Origin: Hemiscyllium ocellatum
Taxonomy: Eukaryota
Length of the DNA stretch: 64,000 bases
Assembly (NCBI RefSeq): GCF_020745735.1
Contig: NC_083409.1
Span: forward strand, 13,391,259-13,455,258
Reading direction: 5' to 3'
Of this stretch, positions 1 to 10,900 are shown piece after piece. Each line of letters starts with the position of its first letter. The stretch's first letter is position 1. A program made the translations under genes and the position numbers. Under the pieces are notes generated by a model. It saw nothing but the letters and a program-made list of their open reading frames with translations, made no database searches and was not told the origin of the DNA.

Positions 1-1529
1 CAGGTGCAGCCTCTGTGGGGAAAGGAGGAATTAACTTTTTGAGGTTCAGTGATGTTTTATCAAAAAAGCAGCAGCATTTTATTTTTTTCCATTTTAAGTT
101 GTTTTATTTATCTTATTTAAATTTTGTTTATCAAATTTTAGCCCGCTTGATTGGCACCACTTCTACACACATCCATTCCCTCCACACCAACACTCAGTAA
201 CATCTGTGTGTTCTATTTACAAGATGCACTCCAATAAATTCATCAAAAGTCCTGAGGGAACACCTTCTAAACCCATGATTACTTGAATCAAGATGGACAA
301 GGGCAGAAGATACAATGGGAACATCACCCCAGCAAGTTCCCTCTAAGCTATTCACCAGTTTAACTTGGAAATATCATCACTGGGTCAGAATTCTGGAATT
401 CCCTTCCTCAGGACATTGTGGGTCTACCTACAGCACAGGACAAGTAAAGATGGACAGTAAAAAGGCTTGTAAAAGTAACAGTAGGTGTGATTTGGGACCA
501 GAAAGTGAGACTGTGATGTTTCAGTTATTCCTGGACATTGGTGTGATCACATCTCAAATACTGTATTGTGTGTAGTTTTGGTCTCCTTATTGAAGGAAGA
601 ATATAAATGCATTGGAGGTGGTTCACAGGAGTTTTACCAGATTGATCCCTGGTATGAGTGGGCTGTGTGATGAGGAAGGATTGGAAAGGCTGGCCTTGTT
701 CTCAGTGGGGTTTAGAAGAGTGGGGGGTTTTTCTGTCCCACTGTATTCTCCAACCCCCATCTGCCTCCCTCGTGAGTCATACCCTCCTGCCCCTTACTAC
801 ACGAGGAATTGAACTGTTTAGTCTTGAGGCCTATAACTTCCTTCTGGAACTAATCCTCCAGGTATCTCCGGCACTCCCTGATGTATCACTGCTTTTTCAA
901 TTCAGCCTTCATTCCAAACACCCTGCGTGGGAGCTCCTGTAGTTTTATACATTCACTGCAGATGTATTTACCCTGAATCATTTCAATGCAATAAAGAAAT
1001 GTTGATCTCACTTACAAATGAAAAATATCCATTCCTTCATTAGAGCAGTAATTGTCTTCAGTCTGTTTCAGTCTACTTTCCATTTATTAAACTTCCCTAA
1101 TGGACATGTCCTGAAGCAGTCTATTTATACAGCCCCTCAAACTAAACAAATCCAGATTCCTATTTTCTTGTTTATCATTTTGTTTCATTCAAACCAAGTG
1201 CATGTGCAGGCTCCCATCAGCTGAAGTGACAGTTCCAAATCAGGTTGGAAAAGCAAAGGTAGACTCCTTCTCTGAGTTCACCAAACTACCACACTGACCA
1301 GCATTCCCCTCTGTGCTGGCTGCACCTAGTGCGAGCTGCAGTATATAGGCTGCCCTGTACTTATACTGTTTCTGATTTATATTACTCCATTCTGTTGTGC
1401 TGTTGTTCAGGATATGGGTTAAGCTCACTCATTTCTCAATCGAAGGCTTCCTTCTTTCAGCCTGAGAGAGACTTTACATTTGCAAACAGGAAATATGACT
1501 TCAATGCTGGAATCTGTTCTCAGGATTGA

Positions 1530-1990
1530 TGCGCTCGATGATTTGATTCAGTGAAATAACCTCGTCGAATCTCTTCAGGGGCCGACATTTTAGGCGTAAC
1601 TCTTCTTCAGGAAGAGGGGAATAGGTGTGAGGGGAGTTGCAGATAAAGGGGTGGGTTGGAGTGAGGTAGTGAGGTGGTGAGGTGGGGATAGGTTGAGAAA
1701 GATAGAGAGAATTACCTGATTTGTTGATGGGAGAAATGAATCCAGAATCATCCCTCCCCTCGACCAACCAGGTCCTATCCTCTACCTGTCTCCACCTATC
1801 CCCACCTAACCACCCTGGCCCCACCACTCCCTTTATCTGCAGCTCCCCCAACACCCACCCACCCCACTTCCTGAAGAAAGGTTACACCAAAAACGTCAAC
1901 ATCTCCACCTCCGGAGGTTTCCTGGTTTGCTGTGTTCTCCCAGCCTCCTGCTTGTTAACCTTGGATTCTAGCATTTGCAGTTTTTTTTGT
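1530..1990. mobile_element. Penelope-like element terminal remnants in inverted (fold-back) arrangement
   Basis: cctttatctgca(g/a)ctcccc...cttcctgaagaa occurs on both strands (about 1580-1700 and 1785-1900), with a degenerate CTGAAGA...AAACGTC hammerhead-like core. Confidence 0.55.
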
Positions 1991-3464
1991 CTCTAATCTC
2001 CTCAGGGGCCAGGATGGGTGTGAGGAGATTGGGCTTTGATGGAATTGCCCACAGACTGACGTCAAAAGAAGCAAAGCAAGAAAGGCACGTGGATCAAATA
2101 CAAGAGAGCAAGTTGTGAGGGAAAACCAATTATTACCAGTTTGACAATTAAAAAGGAGAGAGTGACAACATTGAATTGCTTCTGGTGTCATCCTCTGTGC
2201 CCTAACATTTCACAGAGCCAGCTCCACATCCTTCCATTGGCTTTGTCATTGAGAGTCAACAGTTCCCTTCCCACAGCCCTTTTTAAAAAGTCCTGTACCA
2301 GAGAGGCAGAGAATATTTCACCTTTTCTGGGAAAGATAGAGAAATATAGGATGTCAAGGAGCAGTTTCTCTGTCTGACAGAAGGATGTGTACCGGCTGTG
2401 GATTCTGGAGACAGATCACTGAGATATTCCTCACTCCCATCAACACCTAACTTTATTCTGACGTCAGTTTCTATTCTTCATTATAAAGTACCCCCACCAG
2501 TTTCAGACTAGACATTTCACACCCAGCCCCCATTTCCTCACATTGGAATCAAGAACCAAACTTGCCCCATCTCAGGATTGCCCTCTGAATGTGGTGTCAG
2601 TGTGCTAATGCTGTGTTTGATGAAAGAGCCACAGTGGAATCTGGGACTGAATCCAAGGGGTTTCTGAGCCACCAGCAGCCTCCCCGCTGTGTGAGGGTCT
2701 GTTTGGATAAGATTTCAGCCCCATGGTTCCCATTGATACCAAAACCATGGAGTGAGATTGCTGGAGCCACGTGTGGACTGAGGAACACAACAGTCAGGAC
2801 AATGAGCTGCTCTGGAATCCACCCTGAGCCCTGGGTGATCCTCACTGAGATGGCCCAGGGGCTACAGAATATGACAGCAGAAGGTTTATCATTGATGATC
2901 CTCCCCAGCCGTGACTCCCAGATGCCCCCGCATTGGACATTCTCAATCTGACCCCATGGACACACGGGGCAATTCCATCCCATTTGAAGAGGAAAGAAAA
3001 CCCAGGTCTAATTTATGGAATATGTATTTCTCAAACCCTGTAGAATTGTTATTCTGAGTAACAAGAGCCTGCTGGTCATATTCATAAATACAGGGTTCCC
3101 AATGGCACTGGCTCACAAACAGTTGAGTTGAATTTCTTGACCTGGCATCTTGCTGTGCCTAAGGGATGGGTGAGGGAATTTCCATCAGATTATTGTGTTC
3201 CCCAGTGTCCCTTCCTGCCTTCCTTCTTTTCTCCATTTATTGGGAAAGAATTCCTTGGGGCCCTGCATTCCTTCTGAAAGAACCCCTCTGGACACAGTTG
3301 TAGAATTGCCCTCCTTCTCCAGGGACCCCATTAACTCCTCGATTCTCCCCCTTTTGTTCCAGGCCTTGAAGTTGGAGGTTAACACTTCACACACCTTTCC
3401 CTGAAGTTTCAGCTCTGGCCATTCCCAAAGCACACACAGAGACAGAGACTGAATCTTCTTCATC

Positions 3465-3470
3465 TTTATT
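3465..3470 (-). terminator. Candidate polyadenylation signal of the light-chain mRNA
   Basis: AATAAA on the minus strand about 530 bp after the C stop, followed by a GT-rich tract (tctctgtctctgtgtgtgc). An alternative AATAAA is at 3236-3241. Confidence 0.55.
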
Positions 3471-3995
3471 CCCATTTCCAGATTAACATGAACAGAAAAC
3501 AGACTGCAACTAACAGCCCAGACAGAGGAAGCTGCTCAAATTCACAGCCACAATGGAGCTTAAGGAAAACACTTGTGGAGATTTTCTCAATAACATGGGA
3601 ATCCTGTCCCTTTAAACAGTGACAAAACCTTAAATTGGAACTGGCGGCTGAGCAGGAAGGAGACCTGGTTTACTGAAACAGAGACTTCTGAGGTTCACAT
3701 TGTTTTGAACAGCTGACAGTTTTCAGCATCTTCGAGAGGTTTTACTTGGCATCACTAGTCTTCACTGTCCAATCAAACACTCCTAGAACAGGGTCAGCAT
3801 GGGGTATGATACAGAGTAAAGCTTATTTTTGATGATCCCAAAGACCTGCCTTAACCCTTGAACCTCAGACGTGTCTCTGAGCCAGTCCTGAGAAGGAAGA
3901 GAATTGAAATTCTGTGCTGGCAATGACCTTTGTCCTGGCAGCTCAGCCCTGTCCTATTTAAAGTTGTGTCTCCTCTGTGGACTGTCTCAAACACT

Positions 3996-4324
3996 CTACA
4001 CACATTCTGATCTCCTGATGCTCTTGCTGAGGGGAGACGGGAGGGTCATGTGGGTGAGGGCACAGGAGAAGCGAGCATTGGACTCCCAGTCAGATCCAGA
4101 GAGGGTCAGCAGGCTGCTGACACTGTAGGTGCTGTCCGAAGCTCGCAGGTAGTTGCTGGTCTGAACCCCGTCCGAAATGACTGCACCATCCTTCTTCCAC
4201 TGCACCTCCAGCTCATCGGGATAGAAGTGATTGGCAAGGCACACCAGGGTGGCAGTGCCCTTGGCATTGATCTGCTCCGGGGAGGGGGGCAGCAGGGTCA
4301 GCTTGGGCTGAGAGTTCTCACGGC
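3996..4324 (-). CDS. IGKC: Ig light chain constant exon, kappa-type (C1-set domain)
   Basis: Acceptor ttctcttgtctttcag| at 4326-4325, phase 1. Reads (S)RENSQPKLTLLPPSPEQINAKGTATLVCLANHFYPDELEVQWKKDG...YSVSSLLTLSGSDWESNARFSCALTHMTLPSPLSKSIRRSECV*, with both domain Cys, the core Trp and the penultimate inter-chain Cys. TAG at 3998-3996. Confidence 0.96.
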
Positions 4325-5664
4325 CTGAAAGACAAGAGAAACAATTTTAATCCCTGCCATTCAAAGGGATTTCAACTCTGAACCTTCACTGGCAAAACAA
4401 TCAATTTGAACATTTGTATTCAATACCTAATAAGCCCCATAAAAGGACAGGGCCGTTTAAAATTGGGATGTGAGTGTCAGTGGAAGGGCCAGCATTTATT
4501 GCCCATCCCTAATCGCCGCTGAGAAAGTGATGGTGAAAGAGAAGGGACAGTTTTGGACCATCATTTATGGAATGAATGTGAGCAGCTGGAAGGGTTATCA
4601 ATGGGGGAGCATTTCAGTGACAGTGATCAGAACTCAGTGAGATTGAGAGTAGGGATGGAAATAGAGAACCACGGAACAAATGTAAATGTTTTTATTTGGG
4701 AACAAACCATTTTACTAAACTGGGCAGTGATTTGATAAAAGTAGGCTGAAAGACAAAATGCAGGGGTGAGATTTACCAAGACCTGAGGAAAGCAAAGAGC
4801 TGACAGGATGAAATGTGTCCAAATGAAGTCAGGGAAATCCCAGTGATGTTTTATAATCACAGAAAGAACAAGAGAATGAAGGAATGTATGAGGCCCATTC
4901 GAGAGCAGGAAGGGAACTTGTGTGTGGGGGTGGAAGATGGAGCAATTGTTCCTCATGAAAACTTCCGGTCTGTTTTCACAAAAGAGAGGGACAAAGCAGG
5001 AACTGTAATTCAGGAGGAGGACTGTGCAACATTGGAACGGAATCTTTCACATCTGAAAGACTCCCAGTTCATCCAAAGAAAAGAAAGATCCATGCTGTCC
5101 CCAAGACATTTGCAGACAGTGTGGAACTTGTTTGGAATGTGCTCACTGTAGGAATGCAGGAAATGTGAAAGCCAGATTGTACACAGCAAGATCCCACAAG
5201 TAACAATGAACCAAGGAACATTTTGAGTGATGTTTGTTCAGGGATAAATATCAGCCTGAATATGATTCAAAGAAAAAGTAACTGGAACAGTTGGATGGAA
5301 AATGAGAAAATGAAAGTTAAAGGAGAAGGGAGAGTTACTGGATAGTGATGGGATTGATTGTTACCAGAAAATAAAAGGAAAGGACAGAGTATTGTGAATG
5401 TCTTATTGTACTAAGGAAACTTAAAAGTGCAGGGAAGCTCAATACTAGAACAAACTCAAAGGCTTTGTCTCTTAATGCATGACCGATTCGGAATAATGTA
5501 GACAAAGTGGTACCACACAAACCAAGGTAAATCAAGCTTCGAGGAATTTAAACTGTTTGAAGAAGGTAGGGGCTCAGGACACTTTATTAAAGTATCCAGA
5601 CCAAGTACTAGGATAGAGAGTATGGAAAGGATGAGGAATCGAACTTGAGGCCCCGCAGGGTGGA

Positions 5665-5895
5665 ATGGTGGATCAGTGGTTAGCACTGCTGTCTCACAGC
5701 TCCGGAGACACAGACTCAATTCCAACTGACTATCTGTGTGTTGTTTATACATTCTCCCCGTGTCTACTTGGGTTTCCTCCCATTGTCACAAAGATGTGTA
5801 GGTTAGGAGGATTATCCATGGGAATGGTAGGGTGGGTGGGATGCTATTTCGAGTGTCAGGCTGGGCTGAATGGCCTGCTTCCACACTGTAGGAAT
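5665..5895 (+). mobile_element. tRNA-derived SINE (HE1-like shark family)
   Basis: Head tggatcagtggttagcactgctgtctcacagc (A box) and body shared with the other copies in the window. Confidence 0.7.
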
Positions 5896-5935
5896 ACTAT
5901 GAATTCTAAAAGAGATAACTATGAGAAGGAGTAAA

Positions 5936-6145
5936 AAGTGAGGTCTGCAGATGCTGGAGATCAGAGCTGAAAATGTGTTGCTGGTTAAAGCGCAGCAGGT
6001 CAGGCAGCATCCAAGGAACAGGGAATTCGACGTTTCGGGTACAAGCCCTTCATCAGATGAAAGGCTTGTGCCCGAAACGTCGAATTTCCTGTTCCTTGGA
6101 TGTTGCCTGACCTTCTGCGCTTTAACCAGCAACACATTTTCAACT
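5936..6145. mobile_element. Fold-back Penelope-like terminal repeat (long hairpin) in the J-C intron
   Basis: 5969-6054 is the near-perfect reverse complement of 6056-6144; hammerhead core on the minus strand at 6029-6056. Confidence 0.7.
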
Positions 6146-6329
6146 ATGACAAGGAGGCAGTCAATGCATGACTGAGGGTGTTGTACTTCGATGTATGGAG
6201 TATGTGAAACAAGGTAAATGAGCCTGTAGCGCAGGGACGTGGCTGCAAGGGGATCAGGGCTGGGGACTAAATATCCAAGGATGCACATCCTATTGAAAGG
6301 AAATGCAAGGGGATAGAGGGTCAAGTGTG

Positions 6330-9300
6330 AAGGAAGGACTGAAGATAATCCTTATTAGTCAGGATATGGTCTTGGGGAGACTGATGGTATCAAAACTTGG
6401 TAAGTCCCCAGGGCCTGATGCTCTGCAACTCAGAGTCCTTAAGAAAGTGGGTGTAGAAATAATGGGCACATTTGTGATCATTTTCTGGCATTCTGTCGAT
6501 TCTGACAGAGTTCCAATGGACTGGACAGTATCCAATATAACCCCACTTTTTACTAAAAGGAGGGAGAGTGAAAATGAGGAATTATACATGAGGAAAACAC
6601 CAGAGTCAGTTATTAAAGATACAATAACCGAGCATTTGGAAAGCAGTGACAGGATCGGTCCAAGTCAGCATGGATTTACGAAAGGGAAATCAGGCCTGAC
6701 ACATCTTCCGGAAGGTTTTGAGGATGTGATCAGCTGAGAGTGGACAAGGCTGAATCAGTGGACAACAAAACAAAAAAAAAATGATGAAACATTTTAGCAA
6801 ATCTGGCAGCATCTGTGGAGAACAATCGAAGTTAGAGTTTCGAATTGAGTGACCCTCCCTCAGAACTCAGTGGATATTGTGTATCTGGAATTTCAAAAGG
6901 CTTTTGACAAGGTCCCATACATGAGATTAGTGAGTTACATTAAACCACATGGTATTGGATGTAATGTATTGACATGGAGAGAGAACTCGTTGCCAGATAG
7001 AAAGCAGAGAGTTGGAATAAATGGGTCCTTCTCAGAGTGGCAGGCAGTGGTGAGTGGGGTACTGCAGGGGTTCAGTGCTGGGACCCCAGCTGTTCACAAT
7101 ATACATAAATGACATGGACAAAGGTATTGAATGCAATCCATGCAAACTTGCAGATGACATGAAGCTGGGTGACAGTGTGTGGTGTGAGGAGGATGCTAAG
7201 AGGCTGCAGCGTTACTTGGACAGGCTGGCTAAGTGGACAAATGCTTGGCAAATGCAATATAATGTGGGTAAATGTGAGATCATCCACTTTGGTGGTAAAC
7301 AGGAAGTCAAATTATTAATAAATGGTGAAAGTTTAGGAAAACGTGAGGTGCAATGAGAGCTGGGTGTCATGGTGGAACAGTCACTGAAAGGGGGCACGCA
7401 CGTGCAGCAGGCAGTGAGGAAAGCTAATGGCATGTTGGCCTTCACAGTGAGAGGATTTGTGTATTGGAGTAAGGACTTCTTGCAGAATTAAACAGGGCCT
7501 TGGTGAGGCCTCACCTTGAGTATTGTGCGCAGTTTTAGTCTCCTAGTCTGAGGAAGGACATTCTTGCTATTGAGGGAGCCCGGCGAAGGTGCATGAGACT
7601 GATTCCTGGGACAGCAGGACTGACATATGATTGACTGGGCTTGTACTCACTGGGATTTAGAAGAATGAGGGGAATCTCACAGAAACATGTAAAATCCTGA
7701 TGGGACTTGACAGGCTCGATGCTGGAAGAATGTTCCCGATATTAGAGAAATCCAAAACTCGGCTTCAAAGATCACAAATAAGGTTAGGTTATTCAGATGT
7801 TGTGAACCTGTGGAATTCTCTACCACAGAAAGCTCATGGGGGCAGTTTGTTAGACATATATCAAGAGGAATGTGGCACTTGCAGCTAAAAGGATCAAGGG
7901 ATATTGGGGAGAGTGGGAATGGGAATCGGAGATTGCATAATCAGTAATGATCATATTGAACGGTGGTGCAGGCTCTCAGGGCTAAATAGCCTGTTCCTGC
8001 AGCTATTTTCTATGTTTTTACGTTCCTCGTGATCAGTAGATGGGCAAGTTGGGGAGTGGGTTTACTCTGTCAGTTAGAATTGAAATTACATCGACAGCAA
8101 GAGGAAATATAATGTTAGAGTGCATAGAATCTGTGTGAGTCAATTTAAGAAACCACAAAGGAACAAAGAACCTGATGGGAATTATGTACAAACCTCCTTG
8201 CAGTAATCGGGACGTGGATCAGAAAATAAATCAGGAGACAGAAAAGGCATGTAAGAAAGGGATTATTACAATAGTTGTGGGGACTGCAATATGCAGGTGA
8301 ACTGGGAAAGTCAGGTTGGGAATGGATCTCAAGGAAGGGAATTCATGGAATGTCTACGAGAGGCTTTTTCGGAATAGTTTGTGGTAGATCCCCTAGGAAA
8401 CAGGTAATTCTGGATTCGGTGATGTGTAATGAGGCAGCTCTGATTGGGGAACTGAAGGTGAATGAACCCTGAGGGGGCAGTGACCATAATGTGTTAGAAT
8501 TCACCCTGCAGTTCGAGAGGGAGATGCTGGAATTCTATGTAATAAGAGGAGTTAATGACAAGTTAGACAAAGGAGAACCAATCAACATGATCTATTTGGA
8601 TTTCTAGAAGGCCTTTGACAAGTTGCCACACAGGAGGCTGCTAAATAACATAAGAGCCCATGGGGTTTGGGGCCCGGTACTGACATGGATAGAGAGCGGG
8701 AATAAATGGGTCTTTTGCAGGATGGCAGCTGGTGCCTCGTGCAGTTCAGCAGGGGGCAGTGTTGGGACTTCAGCTGATCATGTAACAATTAATTATATAT
8801 CAACGATCTGGGAAAAGGAACTGAGGGCATTGTTCCTAAATTTGCTGATGACACAAAGATGAGGTGAGGGACAGGGAGAGTTGAGGAAGCAGGGAGGCTG
8901 CAGAAGGACTTGGAAAGGCTCAGAGAGTGGGCAACGAAGTGGCAGATGGAATACAATATGGGAATGTGTGAGGTTATGCAGCTTGGTTGGAAGAACAGAA
9001 GCTCAAACTGTTTTCTAAATGGGGAAATTCAGAATTCTCAAGTACAAAGGGACTTGGAAGTCCTCTTTCAGGTTACTCTGAAGGTGAACATTTTGGTTCA
9101 GTTAGCAATTAGGAAGACAAATGCAATGTTATCATTCATTTCAACTGAGTTAGAATACAAGAACAGGTATGTCCTGCTGAGGCTGTATGAGACTCTGGTC
9201 AGACTGCATTTGGAATATTGTGAACAGTTTTGGGACCTGTATCTAAGGAGGGATGTGCTTGTATTAGAGGAGATCCAGAGGAGGTTTATAAGAATGACCC

Positions 9301-9680
9301 TGGGGGTGACAGCCTGGTCTGATGAGGAGCGGTTGAGGACTCTGGATGTGTACTTGATGGAGTTCAGAAGGACATGGGGAGATCACATTGACACTTACAG
9401 AATACTGAGAGGCCTGGATAGAATGGACGTGGAGAAGATGTTTCCACAAGGAAGAGAAAATTGGACCAGTGGGCACAGCCACAGAGTTAAAGGATAACCA
9501 GTTGCTGTGGTGGTGAAGTCATTGAGTGCATTTAGGACAGGCATTGGTAGGTTCTTGACTGGAAAGGCAATCAAACATAATGGTAAGAAGGGAAGACAAT
9601 GGTCGTGAGAAACACATCAGCCATGACCAAATGGCACAGCAGACTTGATGGGGCGAATGGCCTAATTCTGATATTTTTGA
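6330..9680 (+). mobile_element. Decayed CR1-type LINE ORF2 fragments (several pieces)
   Basis: RT motifs in short ORFs: VDIVYLEFQKAFDKVP, SVLGPQLFTIYINDMD, KLADDMKL, LYETLVRLHLEYC; many stops and frameshifts. Confidence 0.9.
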
Positions 9681-9739
9681 AGAGACTCTGCAAAACCCAA
9701 GAACACTGAGAGCACTGGATTGTGAGCCCTGCTGGAGCT

Positions 9740-10900
9740 GTTTGTCATCAGAACTTTGCCAAGAGGTAATCAGGGAATGGAGAAAAGTTCATCTTGTTCC
9801 ATGTGGGAACTTCAGAATGCTTCCCCGGTCTTGGAATACCATGATTACAGGAAGTGTGATCAGTGACAGCAGTTGGAGCTCCGGGTTTCGGAGCTTGAGC
9901 AGCAGCTGGTGTCAGTGCGGAGCGTCCGTGAGGCTGAGAGGTCCGTGAAGAGCACGTTTCTAGATGTGGTCACTCTGCAGCTTCAGAGTATGCAGGGAGA
10001 GAGGGAATGGGGGAGCAGCAGACAGTCCAAAAGGACCAGGCAGCTAGTACAGGGATACCCTGAGTGCATTCCTCTCTCCAATTAGGATTCAGTTCAGAAT
10101 CCTGATGAGAATGATGGTTCATCTGGGTAATGCAGCCAGAGTCAAGTCTATGGCACCACTGTGGTGGTGGGGGGCTCAGCTGTACCAGGGGGAGGGCACA
10201 AGGAAGACTGGAAGAGCGATAGTGAGAAGAGATTCGAGAGTGAGGACAATCGATAGGTGTTTGTCCAGCTGCAGATGGGAATCCAGGATGGCGTGTTGTC
10301 TCCCTGGTGCCAGGGTCAAGGATGTCACTGAGCTGCTGTAGAGCATCCTGAGGGGAGAGGGGGAACAGACAACAGTCTTGGTCCACATCGGTCCCAGTGA
10401 CAGAGGGAGGAAAGGGATGTGGTCCTGCAGTCAGAATTTAGGGAGCTCGGGAGGAAATTAGCAGCAGGAGCTCAAAAGTAGGAATCTCTGGATTACTCCC
10501 AGCAACCAATGCAAGTGAGAATAGGAATAGGAGGATAAGACAGGTGAATGTGAGGCTGAAAAGATGGTCCAGGAGGGAGGGTTTGAGATATTGGACATTG
10601 GGAATGATTCCAGGGGAGATGCGACCTCTATAGACTGGATGGGTTGCTCCTGAACAGAGCAGGAATTGAGCTTCTTGAGGTGTGACTTGCTTGTGCTGTT
10701 GGGGAGGGATTAAACCAATTTGGCAGGTCTGAGTGAACCAGGAGGTAATATCAGGGAGGAACACCAAGGAAGACAGAATCCTGGGAGATAGATACACGAG
10801 AATAAGGAATAGTAACTTCTTGGGCAAGGTCAGAGTGAGGGAGAGAGTAATAAATTCTAAATCCGGTTGACTGTATGGGACTGCACACATGGACAACTGG
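9740..10900 (+). mobile_element. CR1-type LINE ORF1 remnant (leucine zipper + SGNH esterase-like region)
   Basis: ELRVSELEQQL and AIVRRDSRVR...RMACCLPGARVKDV, the typical CR1 ORF1 esterase motif region. Confidence 0.75.

Noticed and set aside
2630-2636. CACAGTG downstream of C as a KDE-like deleting element
   Set aside because: No nonamer at 12 or 23 bp (gaatccaag / gtttctgag); isolated heptamers are expected by chance.
8910-9497. 195-aa ORF and similar RT-like ORFs as functional genes
   Set aside because: Fragments of decayed CR1 ORF2 flanked by stops and frameshifts; no intact LINE in the window.
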